A DNA stretch of 64,000 bases from Eledone cirrhosa (Eukaryota), in assembly GCA_964016885.1 (NCBI GenBank), contig OZ024754.1, forward strand, positions 27,900,001 to 27,964,000, given 5' to 3'. Below are positions 30,131-44,102 of the stretch, piece after piece (within the stretch, counting starts at the first letter, position 1; each line of letters starts with the position of its first letter). The notes beneath the pieces were generated by a model. The model did not search any database. It saw nothing but the letters and a program-made list of their open reading frames with translations, and was not told where the DNA came from. Position numbers and translations under genes: made by a program.

Positions 30131-31219
30131 GTGTGTATATATATGTACGTGTGTATATGTACTGTATGTCTATGTATATTGTTATTGTTGTATTGACACA
30201 AATGTTAGTAAAACAAACTGTGTATGCGTTGATTGATTTAAATTCCCGCGTTCCTGTTTCTATGACGTCAATCGTAACCATACCAACATATATGTGTGTG
30301 TATGCACCCACATATATGTGTGTATATGTTTTTTTTCAATGTTTCTCTTTTTCACAAACACTTATAAGAGAAGGTAGCAATTTTAAGGGGAGGTGATGAA
30401 TGGGAGTAGATATAGGAAACGTATATCATATGAGAGAGGAGAAATCATCGATTGTTGAAATAAATCGATTTTTCCGTAATTGTGGCATTTTTTACCCAAT
30501 AAGATCGCCCATGACCCAAGTTAGAATATTTGTAAACATTCTGCTTAATTATTCATTCAATATTTTTGGAATTGTGTAAATGTATAAAATTGAAACATAC
30601 ATACAGACACAAAAATCTGCCTTTTATAGATAATAATATATACAAGTGGAAGCTTAGTAAAATCGAAGCTTTGGCTGTGGCCAAGCAAAGTCGACCTACA
30701 ATAAGGAATGAGTAGCAAAGCACTCAATGAGGGTAGGTCCTTAGAGTAATAACATTACGTTTAAATGGCTTGATACATTGAAAATTACGGTAGGCAAAAC
30801 CCAACCATACAATACCAAAACAACGAAAGAACTAATCAGGTTAAAGCAACAGACCTGGACAGATCGAGCGATATTCTGCAATACGTCCGATATGTTTCTA
30901 TGAAATCCGAAATCATCAATCCAACTTGCGTAACACGTAAGCTTGTGGTATTCCATGATCAAAGTCTATTCTCTGTTTATATTTGCCGTTATCCAGTAAT
31001 TGTTTACTTAAACTTTAAACCTGATGATGTCGTTAAAAGTCTTACATCATGATCTAATTATGTAAGTAGGCCATAGATATACGTATTGTGACTTTTGCAT
31101 CATTAAAAGGAATATTTGGAATCTGGACTTCTGTTTTCATTGAAGTATATATATATATATATATATATATAAGGATTTTTAACTCGTGTATGATTATAGA
31201 GTGAACGGAAGTATATTTT

Positions 31220-31369
31220 AACTGGAGATAGATTCTGCACAGAAGTGGTCAGTTTTTATTTCCGTAATAATTGATTTTTCGCCCAGGCTCCTCCGTTGTG
31301 GTAAAGGAGTTACCTTCCCTACTACAGAAATAAAAACTAATAACTTCTGCGAAGAATCCATTTCCAGTT
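31220..31369. repeat. Imperfect ~47-bp inverted repeat with ~56-bp spacer (old MITE or fold-back)
   Basis: aactggagatagattc...agtttttatttccgta pairs with tacagaaataaaaact...gaatccatttccagtt. Confidence 0.55.
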
Positions 31370-32243
31370 TTTTCTGCTCTTATTTACCTGTTTCCTTCCT
31401 TTCTTTGAGACGATAGGTCTGGTTTGTGGTAGATTTGGTCGCTATTTCTAGCAGATCATGTGTTGATGTATTAATTTTGACAACTTTCTCCCGCTTTCCA
31501 AATTGCTATGGTGACAGTGGGGAGGATGTTGGTGTCATATTATATCTATCATTTTGTGTTTTCTGAATAACTATGATTCATATCATATATTATGATCAGG
31601 TTAACAACGTTTACATATATCTAAATAAATGAAAAACAGAAATCCTTTGTAAATATATTGAACACTTTTTTGTCGAGAAAGTTATCCAATACGTATGAAT
31701 TGTTATTTATTCTAAATAGTGAATAGAATCGATAATTAATAATATGGTAATAAAATTATCAATATATTTGTATTTGTTTTGTTTTTTGTTGTAATGAAGA
31801 ATAATATTAGAGTAACTTAATTATGATCAAAATATTCGACAGTTGAAGATAAGGTGTTCACACCATTATTCATATATTCCAGCATTTGAGAGCTAATAAC
31901 TTTGATTTATTACTCTGTATAAATACCTTATTGGAATTCAATATATATTTGCAAATGAAGGCGGGAATGTAACAGCATTTTCTTATCAGTCTTTTACTCT
32001 CTTACCGGTTTCAGCCATAGACAGCGGCAGATCTGGAGCACTCTCTTCATTTAGTCGATCACATTGAAACATATTTTATCGATTTCATTTTAGCTGATTT
32101 AGTTGAAATCTTAAACTACGGAACATAAACACAGATAGCATAACTAGGCGGTATAACCACCGTGGAAACGTTTGTAAGCACACAGAATAAATTACCTTTT
32201 TATGATGTCTACCTGTTATTATTCATTCTTTATATATATATAT

Positions 32244-32402
32244 GATGGACCATAACGCACCAGAGTACTCAATACTTAGGGTAGTAGAGTGGGAAATAGG
32301 AAAAAGTATGACCCCGACGGCAGAGCTGAAGCCGTTTCGACGGCTATTTCTGAAATACCCGTCGAAACGGCTTGAGCTCTGCCGTCGGTCGGGGTCATAC
32401 TT

Positions 32403-32407
<5 letters not shown>
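32244..32407 (+). mobile_element. Family HP copy
   Basis: gatggaccataacgcacc...gtatgaccccgacggcagagc...ggggtcatac; (TA)n on both sides. Confidence 0.75.
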
Positions 32408-32467
<60 letters not shown>

Positions 32468-33528
32468 ATTTCAAGGGAGATTCAGCGTGACACAGTGTGT
32501 GACCTGGTCGGCCATTTTAATTGCAGAAACATTGTTTTTCTATAAGAGTCGACTAGAGTGACATAAAAAAAAATGTATTGCTGAAGGACACAACGCACCA
32601 CATTGAATCGTATGGCATTACGGTCTAGACTCAACACCCTTACCACTCAGCCATATACCTTTACATTCTCATATTGTGTTGTGTAATACCAACGTGGAAT
32701 CTATTTTATGTTACCAGTACGTATGATTTGTATATATTCAGAGTTTGGTGGGTATTTAATTTATAATAGACGTTTCTTTTTTCTATTATGTTCATCTCTT
32801 GCTTTATGTTCAATAGAAAAAAACTGACATCATGCTTTTTAGCTTAAAAAATATCGAAATCCCTTATATTTAAGCAGCTTTAGCATATACAGTATTCAAA
32901 TGTGATCTTGTAATTTTAAAGGACTTCTTTTCCTACACTGATCTGCTGCTATATGTTCAAGAGAAAATACTGGTAGCTGGTTTTTCTATAGACTTCTGAT
33001 AGAGCTAAGCAGCTTTTACACATATTCATTTAGGATATTATAACTCTGATTTCTTTATAAGCCACTTTTTCCAATTATAATTCAGAGGCGTATTTACTTA
33101 CTACCAGGCAGAGTAAACATGTATTTATATAGAATACTTTAACTGTAAATATAGTATACATACTACGATATGGTTTTGTTAATTAATTCTTTGAGCCGTA
33201 GGTTTTCCATGGTAAACAAATGATTATGATTTAATGTTAATTTCTATAACCAGAATTTAATGAAAAGAATTGAAAGCTGAGCTTCAAAAGCGTCAATTAA
33301 ATAGACGAAATAATTCTGTGATAAGATCGATGGAAATGTTATAAATGTATACCTATATAAACCTGTACTGAATATGCCTTACGTGCATTAAATATAAGAA
33401 TATTGATTGTCGAAATCGACGGAAGATCCATTCAATTTAATGTGTGAATGAGGCATTGGCCACAGTTATGTATGTATATATAGATATATAGATATATACT
33501 CACACACACAAATACACAAACACACTCA

Positions 33529-33574
<46 letters not shown>

Positions 33575-33700
33575 GTAGGAGGTGAGTTTTATTGTAGTAC
33601 AATAAAGCAATGCAGATATCGGATAAGAAGCACTCTACAGTTTGTGGGACTGGAGTATACATAATATATAAGAACAAAAGATGGTTAAAGGAGTTCCATG

Positions 33701-33771
33701 TATTTTATTATGCGCATTTCAAAAACAAATATCATCATGCAATAATATTTGTGTTTTCATCAGATAAAACA
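33701..33771 (-). ncRNA. Type I hammerhead ribozyme (family E), inverted copy
   Basis: Reverse complement of 36081-36151. Confidence 0.8.
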
Positions 33772-33972
33772 GGAGGACATGATATGAAGGCTAAAAAACA
33801 CTTGTGGATAGTGCAGTTTTAAATCAACATATTAGAAGTAGTTTTAGATTGATGTGTGATATTGGGAAAAATATTTTATTTAGAGGGGGGGTGAAAAAAA
33901 GAGGAGGAGATGAGAGTGAAGGTAGAGAGGGAGGAGTATAGTGAGGAAGGATGAGATAGGAGGAGAGATGGG

Positions 33973-34055
<83 letters not shown>

Positions 34056-34475
34056 ATAACTGAGAAAGATATATTGTTTTACATAGAGAGGTTGAAAACC
34101 GTTGGAAGATAATGTATAAATTAAAAGAATTTGAAAATTAACGAAGAGAAAAAGAGAAAAATATGTGCGAAGAAAGAGAAGGGGTTAATATGTATTGAGA
34201 ATAATGAGTTAGATGATAGGGAGAAAAGAATAATGAATTGCGGATGAATATTCTAACGTCAAAAAAAAATTGTATATGTTTACGAAGGATTTTTATAAGG
34301 TGATATAGAGTAAGAATGTGTTGTATTATGTAATAATTGATTCTATGTTAGGCAAGAGTGAGAAAGGGTACAGATTAGGGGTTAGATATTAGAAGAGAAG
34401 AAAAGGAAGTGATAAATATGGGTGATGTAGAAAGAGTAAAACAGGTATATAAATACAACGTCAAACACAGGTATA

Positions 34476-35044
34476 TAAATACAACGTCAAACACAACTTC
34501 GCTAAATGTTCATAATCCCACTCTAAATCAAGAAACTATTATTCCTATCGCAAACAACTTCTCCAATCTAATTCCTTCTATAGATAACACTAGGTCACTC
34601 ATTAATAATCTCTCTAATTGCAATTGCAATTGCCCTATTAAAAATAAATGTCCTCTCAACAACCATTGTCTTGATAAAAACTTAATTTACGAATGTAAAG
34701 TTATAACTGACACCAATTCCTTCACCTATTTTGGCTCCACTTCCACCTCTTTTAAAGCTCGTCTTTATAACCATCATTCATCTTTTAAATACAAACTTAA
34801 AAGTACCAACACGGCTCTCTCAGAACTCATATGGTCCTTGAAAGACAAAAACATTAAACATAGCATCTTTTGGAAGAAGGTTTCTTTATACTTGAACAGT
34901 TCTCTATCTAAAATCTGCAATCTCTGTCTAAATGAAAAATTTACCATTATGTCTAATCTAGATTCTATAATAAATAGACGCACTCACTTGTTTTCTATCT
35001 GCTTGCATAAATTCCATAAAACATTTCACAAAGTATACAGCTAA
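34476..35044 (+). pseudogene. PLE GIY-YIG endonuclease C-terminus (the ORF-track start at 34409 lies in the inverted arm)
   Basis: CNC-x5-CPL-x3-C, NLIY, YFGSTSTSFKARLYNHH, CNLCLNEK, C-x-H. Confidence 0.82.
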
Positions 35045-36080
35045 TATTCAATTTTTTATCAATTTAGAATCTTTTTCTCAAAGGCACATATATATACACT
35101 TCTTTTAAAAATATACCCATCTTTCTACCTTATTTCAAAGGTTATTATACATTCTATAATACTTGTTTACTCATTACTCTTACTCTATATCACCTTGTAA
35201 AATCCTTCGTAAACATAAACATTTTTTTTTACGCTAGATTATTCATCCTCAATTCATTATTCTTTTCTCCCTATCATCTAACTCATTATTCTCAATACAT
35301 ATTAACATTTTTTTTTTTTTTTTTCTTCGCACATATTATCAAATCCTTCAATATACAAACCTTAACTTTAAATTATTTTTCTCAAATCCTTCGATATACA
35401 AACCTTAACTTTACATTATTTTTCTCTTGGTTAATTTTCAAATTTCTATAATACCTGTTTTACTCTTTCTACATCACCCATATTTATCACTTCCTTTTCT
35501 TCTCTTCTAATATCTAACCCCTAATCTGTACCTTTTCTCACTCTTGCCTAACATAGAATCAATTATTACATAATACAACACATTCTTACTCTATATCACC
35601 TTATAAAAATCCTTCGTAAACATATACAATTTTTTTTTGACGTTAGAATATTCATCCGCAATTCATTATTCTTTTCTCCCTATCATCTAACTCATTATTC
35701 TCAATACATATTAACTCCTTCTCTTTCTTCGCACATATTTTTCTCTTTTTCTCTTCGTTAATTTTCAAATTCTTTTAATTTATACATTATCTTCCAACGG
35801 TTTTCAACCTCTCTATGTAAAACAATATATCTTTCTCAGTTATAAAAAAAATCTCTCTCTCTCTCTCTATCACCCATCTCTCCTCCTATCTCATCCTTCC
35901 TCACTATACTCCTCCCTCTCTACCTTCACTCTCATCTCCTCCTCTTTTTTTCATCCTCCCACCCCCCTCTAAATAAAATATTTTTCCCAATATCACACAT
36001 CAATCTAAAACTACTTCTCATATGTTGATTTAAAACTGAACTATCCACAAGTGTTTTTTAGCCTTCATATCATGTCCTCC

Positions 36081-36151
36081 TGTTTTATCTGATGAAAACA
36101 CAAATATTATTGCATGATGATATTTGTTTTTGAAATGCGCATAATAAAATA
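36081..36151 (+). ncRNA. Type I hammerhead ribozyme (family E)
   Basis: tgttttat CTGATGA aaacacaaatat...atatttgttttt GAA A-tgcgca-T A ataaaata. Confidence 0.83.
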
Positions 36152-36179
36152 CATAGAACTCCTTTAACCATCTTTTGTT

Positions 36180-36221
<42 letters not shown>

Positions 36222-36225
<4 letters not shown>

Positions 36226-36413
36226 AACAAGTATGACCCCGACTGCAGAGCTCAAGCCGTTTCGACGGGTATTTCTGGACTAGAAATAGCCGTCGAAACG
36301 GCTTGAGCTCTGCCGTCGGGGTCATACTTGTTCCTATTACCCACTCTACTACCCTAAGTATTGAGTACTTTGGTGCGTTATGGTCCATCTGGTTCCTTAC
36401 CACATTTCCTTCG

Positions 36414-36416
<3 letters not shown>
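36222..36416 (-). mobile_element. Family HP copy, apparently complete (57-bp hairpin arms 36221-36277 and 36281-36337)
   Basis: Direct reading; (TA)n on both sides. Confidence 0.8.
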
Positions 36417-36476
<60 letters not shown>

Positions 36477-36985
36477 CATAGATAAACATGTGTGTGTGTA
36501 CTTGATTATATATTTATTCTTTGATAACAATCTGTGTTTGTCTAACAGTGTGTACACAGAAGTTGATTTTGTAATACTGTAAGTATAATGGTGAATGAAA
36601 ATGTAATTTACCTTTTACCAAGAGATGACTTCATTTTTAAAAGCAATTCTTGGTGAAGAATGGAAAAGTTTGGTAGAAAATTGTAATTCCACTGAGGAAT
36701 TATTTGTTGATATTGATCGAAGTAAATCAAATCAACTCCTTCCTCTACTTCTACACTATTTTACCTACTCCTACTGTTACTCATGCTCCATTTTATTTAC
36801 TCTTACTGCTACCCCTACACTGTTTACCTTCTACTACTACTACTTCTTCAATATCTTTCCTACTTCGCTTTTCAGCTGCCGTCTAATTGACGTTGCTGAA
36901 GTTGAAAGAGCAAAATACATCATCAATATGTATGTATTATCTGTATGTTTGTATCTGTGTATGTAATTATATATATATATATATA

Positions 36986-37118
36986 TAACGAAGGAAATGT
37001 GGTAAGGAACCAGGTGAACCATAACGCACCAAAGTACTCAATACTTAGGGTAGTCGAGTGGGTAATAGGAACGAGTAGGACCCCGACGGCTGAGCTCAAG
37101 CCGTTTCAACGGCTAATT

Positions 37119-37120
<2 letters not shown>
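36986..37120 (+). mobile_element. Family HP copy ending at the hairpin apex (distal arm missing)
   Basis: taacgaaggaaatg...gccgtttcaacggctaattct, then (TA)n. Confidence 0.75.
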
Positions 37121-37164
<44 letters not shown>

Positions 37165-37228
37165 TATATATCTACGCCATCTTTGATGGAAAGATGGCGT
37201 AGATATACAATACAACAGGAGGAACATA

Positions 37229-37281
37229 ATAGTACTACTGATGATGTTGCAGATGTGTAACGAAAGAACTTTGTTAGACTG
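37229..37281 (+). ncRNA. Hammerhead ribozyme variant (family F, extra U after CUGAUGA) in a PLE 3' fragment (~37170-37475)
   Basis: CTGATGA t gttgca-gatg-tgtaac GAA A-gaac-T T; stem I imperfect. Confidence 0.55.
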
Positions 37282-37526
37282 TATATATGTGTTTATATCT
37301 ATATTATATCTGTATTTTTGACCGTTGGTCAGTCAATGGTAAACATTGAGGACCGAATGAATTAACTGGAGATATAAAAGATACAGAAGCGAAAACCAAC
37401 CAAACAGTGAGTGTGTTCTGTTATTATTTCTGGCAATATTATTACAACAATATGACCCTCCCCAAGTATAACAATATATATATATATACACATATGTGTA
37501 TATATACATATATATGTATATATATT

Positions 37527-37579
<53 letters not shown>

Positions 37580-37705
37580 AATTATGTATATTTGAATGCA
37601 TATATATATATATAAATACATTATATATTTCTGTAATTATGTACGTATGTATGCATATATTTATGTGTGTGTTTGTGTGTATACACCTACATACATATAT
37701 GGATG

Positions 37706-37738
<33 letters not shown>

Positions 37739-38096
37739 ATGTGTGTGTGTGTGTATGTATATATTTCTATATAAACACTTCTTGTAACGACAGTTTTTTA
37801 CTCAATTTCATAGACATCTACCGTTATTTTGATGTAATTTTCGGCTCACAACCTCCCCCACTGCAAACCTTCATATCAGTCGAGTTTTAGATGTAACCCA
37901 ATGTGTATCGATAAACTATATGGTTTTCAAGCTCAAATATGTACACAGCTATAAATATTCCTTTAGTGATTGTGGGCATGTACGTAGTGGGACTGATTTA
38001 TTTGTTTAATGTATTACACATATACACACACTCACACTCACATGACTTTATATATGGGCAAACATAATGAAACACAGACATATTTGTGAGTATACG

Positions 38097-38196
<100 letters not shown>

Positions 38197-38743
38197 CATG
38201 TATGTATATGTCTATGTTTGTATATGTTTACACATATATAAAGTAAATAAAATCTTGAAAGTTCTAAGATAAGTAGATGAAAAAATAAACTGACGTTTTC
38301 ATTACACATCTACTTTCCTTTGTTTCGTGTTTGTCTATTTGTTTACTTTGAATATGATTTATGTTCTCTGAAACATGGATGACACCAAACTGCATTTAAA
38401 TACATTAAACTATATTAAACTTAAATATACTGGCATAAATTGGCCGGAAACTAACCGTCATTTTTCAGAACACAAAGAGATGAAACGATAGGCCGTAATA
38501 ACTTCCCAAACATTGTCATTCGTTATGTATTATTGTTTTTATCGTTGCATTTTTCCTTTATATGACTTTTATCGCTATTGGTTTTATTTTATGCATTCCT
38601 TATTCAATCGCGTCTATTATCTTATATTGGTTTTATACCAATAACAGCTGTTGAAATAAAGAGCGAAACTACGGTTGCTACGTGCCTTTGGAACAATTAT
38701 GCACATATGTACACGTATGTATATTTGTGTGTGTGTGTGTGCG

Positions 38744-38817
<74 letters not shown>

Positions 38818-38956
38818 CGCATACACATGTATACAAACATACATACATACATACATATATATATATATATTAAAATATCCACTTAAAATATCCACTTCTG
38901 CGTTCACAGATTGACTTTGTTAGTTTCAGAAGATCCCGTTAAGAGTGAAAGCAGCG

Positions 38957-39004
<48 letters not shown>

Positions 39005-39021
39005 TAAATACACCAGGATTT

Positions 39022-39082
39022 TTTCCTTCTGATGATTGAAAGCAAAATTTTTTTGCTTTTAAGAAACCACTGGTAAATGAAA
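39022..39082 (+). ncRNA. Type I hammerhead ribozyme (family G) in a ~113-bp insert between two (TA)n tracts
   Basis: tttcctt CTGATGA ttgaaagcaaaa-ttt-ttttgcttttaa GAA A-ccactgg-T A aatgaaa. Confidence 0.8.
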
Positions 39083-39108
39083 TAATTGCCTTATGTTATT
39101 TAATTACA

Positions 39109-39174
<66 letters not shown>

Positions 39175-39318
39175 AATCAGGATGGATTGACTTTGAAACT
39201 GGTTAGACTATTACTCAACAGAATACTTGATACTTGGGGTAGTAGAATATGGTTACATTATGAAGACTCGGGACCCCACGGCTGAGCTCTTGCCGTTTCA
39301 ACAGCTAGTTCCAGATTC
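39175..39318 (+). mobile_element. Diverged family HP subfamily copy
   Basis: acttggggtagtagaat...gggaccccacggctgagctcttgccgtttcaacagctagttcc. Confidence 0.6.
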
Positions 39319-39432
39319 ATACATACATATATATATATGTGTGTGTGTGTCTGTGTGTGAGTGTGTGGGTGGGTGTGTGTGAGTGAGTGTGTGTCTGTCT
39401 GTCTGTGTTCGCACGCGCACGTGTGTGTGAGT

Positions 39433-39472
<40 letters not shown>

Positions 39473-39550
39473 ATAATTAGTTTATTTGGCAATCAATGTT
39501 TATCATTGATTGACCAACGGTTAAAAATACAGATATAAATATATATATAT

Positions 39551-39604
39551 ATAGTCTATCAAAGTTCTTTCGTCACACATTTGCGACATCATCAGTGGTA
39601 CTAT
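39551..39604 (-). ncRNA. Hammerhead ribozyme variant (family F)
   Basis: Minus strand: atagtacca CTGATGA t gtcgca-aatg-tgtgac GAA A-gaac-T T tgatagactat. Confidence 0.58.
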
Positions 39605-41739
39605 TATGTTTTTTTCCCTTGTGTTGTAAAGTCTACGCCATTTTTTCTGCGCCATATTTATATATATTTATATAAATATATATATAATAGATATTTTTTT
39701 ATGTATACTGAATCCAGTGTCAATAGAGAGACATGACCTTTTTCGTTTTTTGTTTTTTTTTTGTTTTTTGGAAGTTTTATTCAAAGTGCTCACAAATGTG
39801 ACAATGAAGAAAATTAAAATAGAGATCTATGTTTCTGAATCTCTTATGACCCAAACATATTAACACGTTAAGGATAATGAGAAAGGTGGATCTAAAATGA
39901 TTTAAGGTAAAAGAATGAAAACAGAGTTTAAGTCTATTCTATATTTAAAAGACCATAAAAAATACTCCACAATAAAAGGAAAAAAACTTTTAAAACCATT
40001 CAATGTCTAAAAACGAAATCAAAAGGAAAATAAAGATGGGTGGAATAGCCGTGACGAATTTCTAATGACCAGCTTCTTGGTTTACAGTGTTAATAATGGA
40101 TGAAAATATTGAATTACTATCGATCTTCTATTGACTCTTATAAACGAAGATGTCTATTATTTTATCGACACATTTTTGTTTTCACTTTTATTTTATAAAT
40201 ATAATTCTGTATTCTTAGATTATCTTTATATTTAGTATTTAGTATTAATCTTTTCGTAGAGATGTGAATGGAAGACGAAAGCGCCTAGTGGGAAATATCC
40301 TAAAACCAGATAAACATTCTTTGTAATTGGTGAAACATAATTCCAAAGTGTAAAATATAAAAAAAACGTGTGTTGTGATTTAACCAATAATTTACTACGA
40401 TCTGTTTTTTTTTTTTTTTTTTTTTCGATTTTTACTTAAACTTTTTCTAATCCTTTGTACAGGGTTTTGCCTGCAGGAGGATTAAGAAATACAATACGAT
40501 CGTTAAGAAGCGAGGAAGTGATCAACTCAGTTATTTATTACTTGTTTATGTTATCATTACTATTGTCATGATGACTGTGACTGTGAAGGATGACATGATG
40601 TTTAGAGCGATGAACAAGATATTTGATAATATTTTACGACGTCGTTTTATATTCTGGGTTCAAATTCAGGTTTGACTTATCTTCATTCGGATCCAATAAA
40701 ATAAATAACTGTAATTATGCATAAGTCTGTACGAGTGTATATCCATATGTTACTGTTGTAAGTGTGTTGTATAAATTCTAATTTGGTTTAAGCCTATCAA
40801 TTCCATATTTATAATAAAAGACACTGACTATGTTTTTCCAAATAATTTTGAAAATAATCACAAATTTGTTGGGACTTTACAAAATTGACTAACTTACTTA
40901 TTAATGAGCTGATGTCTTGAACACAAAGTTTTTAAAATGAAAGTATGATATGTTTTTACATCAATAAACACGATTCGATTGAAGAACCAGGATTGGGGAA
41001 CTAGGATTGAAAAAGCAGGTTTGTAGAACCACGATTGGTTTCAGCCAGTTTGATATCAAATGTTAAATCCCTTGATCTATATTGTGAGAGCATGTCTGAA
41101 TTTAACAATATATTCTTTATGTATTTATGTAGGTATATCTGTATATCTGAACATGCACCAATGTATGCATCTGTATGTGTGTGTAAGTGTATCCTGTACC
41201 TACATTACTGAACAGTAATATATTACTACATCTACATTTAGGTATAGTCATGCGGGTGTAAGGCGGGTGTAAGGCGACGTCAGAAACGTTAGAGTTAAAC
41301 ACCTCAGTTTTTGTTTTAGTTCACAACACTCTGATTTCGAATCCCACCGAGGTCAACTTTCCCTTTCATCCTTTCGAGGTTGTTAAATGAGATACCAGTC
41401 CAGTACAGAGGTCGATTCTTCCTACATTTCTCATCATCGCCTTCTCTCGTTCTCTTTTTCTCCTTCTCTAGAAGAAACCGGTTGTGTTCAGACCTAAAGA
41501 GATATACGCCCCGTGTTTCGTGACGGCACTCCTCGATCAGACCTAAAGAGATATGGAGACGGCACTCATCGAACCTCATCAGGTGTTAATGGCTATTTCC
41601 GTTTATTTTTTTCCTTTCGTTTACCCGTGTGTATTAATCCTTATGTATTGAAATATATGGCGCTTTTCTTTCCATGTTTGTATCTATATATACGCACATG
41701 TATATACGTGTATGTGTGTATATATGTGTGACTGTGTGT

Positions 41740-41772
<33 letters not shown>

Positions 41773-42103
41773 ATTAAGCTCTATGTACGTCTAGATGCGT
41801 GACTGTAGACTAGTTTATTAGTACATGGATTTTAGTATACTTATGTCTATCTATGTCTGTATATAAATGCTTGCGTATTGACACTATTGTGTGTGTCTGT
41901 ATCCGTGACACTCTGTATGCAACTTTATATACGCTTGTATGAGTGTGTATGAGTGTGTGTGTGTGTGAATTCTATCCGACTAAATTAGAAGCCAATATCC
42001 GTTCGATTCAATAATTTGTGTATTATCAGCGATATATCACGTCTTGCCTAAAATAGAACTTTGTAGCTTAATTGTAGTTATTGTTCCGTTTCAGTGTGCT
42101 TGC

Positions 42104-42147
42104 ACACACACATACACACGCACACACACGCACACACAGACACACAC

Positions 42148-42193
<46 letters not shown>

Positions 42194-42720
42194 GCACGCA
42201 CGCACACACACACACAGACACACACACACGCACGCACGCACAGACACACACACACGCACGCACGCACAGACACACACGTATATATACACAAGCATACTCA
42301 CACACAACACACACACATGCACGCACACACACACACACACAAATACACACACAAGCACACACACACACACACAAATACACACAGGCATACACACACGCAC
42401 ACGCACACACACACACACAAATACACACATACACATACACACACAACCATACACACACACACGCACGCACACACACACACAAATACACACAAGCATACAC
42501 ACACGCACGCGCGCACACACACACACACGCACACACACACAAATACACACACACGCACGCACACATACACACACAAGCATACACACACACACAGACACAC
42601 ACACACGCACGCACACACGCACACACACACAAATACACACAAGCATACACACACGCACGCGCACGCACACACACACGCATACACACACACAAATACACTC
42701 TCACACACACACACACACAT
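42104..42720. repeat. Long compound (CA)n microsatellite
   Basis: Direct reading. Confidence 0.9.
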
Positions 42721-42884
42721 ATATGTATATATATATGAAAAGATTCAGGACCCCGACGGCTGAGCTCCGGCCGTTTCGACATCTAGATCCGAAAGAGTAC
42801 TCTTGTGGGTTATGGTCCACCTGGTTTTTTACCACATCCTATCTGATATATATATATGTATGTATGTTTGTGTATGTGTGTAGA

Positions 42885-42938
<54 letters not shown>

Positions 42939-42942
<4 letters not shown>

Positions 42943-43131
42943 AAAAAGTATGACCCCGACGGCAGAGCTCAAGCCGTTTCTACGGCTATTTCCAGACCAA
43001 AAATAGCCGTCGAAACAGCTTGAGCTCTGCCGTCGGAGGTCATACTTTTTCCTATTTCCCACTCTACTACCCTAAGTATTGAGTACTCTGGTGCGTTATG
43101 GTCCATCAGGTTCCTTACCACAATTCCTTTG

Positions 43132-43134
<3 letters not shown>
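42939..43134 (-). mobile_element. Family HP copy (a deleted copy also at ~42737-42843)
   Basis: ggaaaaagtatgaccccgacggcagagctc...ctactaccctaagtattgagtac; (TA)n on both sides. Confidence 0.78.
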
Positions 43135-43173
<39 letters not shown>

Positions 43174-43218
43174 AAATAACAGGAAGCTGGACTGGTGTAA
43201 ATCCTTGAAAGGTTTATT

Positions 43219-43276
43219 ATACTATGATCATTTCAATGACCGGGTTCCATATGAATCCGGTGATATCATCAGGTAT
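43219..43276 (-). ncRNA. Type I hammerhead ribozyme (family H), inverted copy
   Basis: Reverse complement of 43518-43575. Confidence 0.72.
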
Positions 43277-43517
43277 TGGAATATAAGAAAGGAATATGAA
43301 CTGGTCATTCCGTATGGTCAATCCTGGTGTAATATTGTGAAGAGTACTCAACGCAGTGCACTTCACCCATATTCGTTTGTGTAGTTGGTGGTGCGAATAC
43401 TTTGAGGGCGACTGGCCGAGAAGCTAGTTGGTCAGTTGTCCTCTCTGTCTCTGTCTCTGTCTCTGTCTCTGATTTTTCGGACCCATGGTTTTTTACATAT
43501 TCCTTTGTTATATTCCA

Positions 43518-43575
43518 ATACCTGATGATATCACCGGATTCATATGGAACCCGGTCATTGAAATGATCATAGTAT
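43518..43575 (+). ncRNA. Type I hammerhead ribozyme (family H)
   Basis: atac CTGATGA tatc-accgg-attc-atatg-gaac-ccggt-catt GAA A-tgatca-T A gtat. Confidence 0.75.
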
Positions 43576-43707
43576 AATAAACCTTTCAAGGATTTACACC
43601 AGTCCAGCCTCCTGTTATTTTATTTCATTTATATATATATATATATGATGGATGTACGACGTATTCATATTTATTCGTGCATACATGTTGATAACCTGAT
43701 AGTTTCC

Positions 43708-43766
<59 letters not shown>

Positions 43767-44069
43767 ATATAGAAACAAATTAATTAGCATTTAGTCTCCT
43801 GGTACGCATTCTTACGCGCAAGCGCACACGCACACATACATACATACATACATACATACCCTTATCTATATATATACGAAATTGCATTGACCAGATGTGG
43901 CTGATGAGGAAGCGAAATATTTTTGTTCATTCGTGACACGTATTTCGATTTTATCATTTGCAAATTTACTATATATGTATGTGTATGAGAGAGAGGGGGA
44001 GAGCGCGTGAGTGAATATGTGTGTGTATATACACATATATATATATATATATGTACGTATATATGTGCG

Positions 44070-44102
<33 letters not shown>

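Larger units (their letters stand above)
27453..30630 (-). mobile_element. Helitron with intact termini and an internal deletion (helicase lost)
   Basis: Minus strand begins A|TCTATAAAAGG at 30630 and ends with hairpin cccgagcaacgccggg, then cacttctg-CTAG|T at 27453; Rep motifs inside. Confidence 0.9.
33666..36185 (+). mobile_element. 5'-truncated PLE with inverted pseudo-LTR (33666-34450 inverted against 35449-36185) enclosing the GIY-YIG C-terminus
   Basis: ~750-bp inverted arms with an HHR in each, GIY-YIG ORF between them, 26-bp duplication at the inversion junction (~34441-34495), TA flanks. Confidence 0.88.
43166..43627. mobile_element. Non-coding fold-back element: ~133-bp inverted arms, each with an HHR, ~195-bp spacer, in (TA)n
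   Basis: 43166-43298 is the reverse complement of 43496-43627. Confidence 0.8.

Noticed and set aside
31015-31060. CTGATGA as a hammerhead
   Set aside because: No GAAA...UH with closing stems. The same applies at ~12559 and at the minus-strand CTGAGGA near 54160.
43893-43935. CTGATGAggaagcGAAA as a hammerhead
   Set aside because: Stem II is only 1 bp and there is no convincing stem I.
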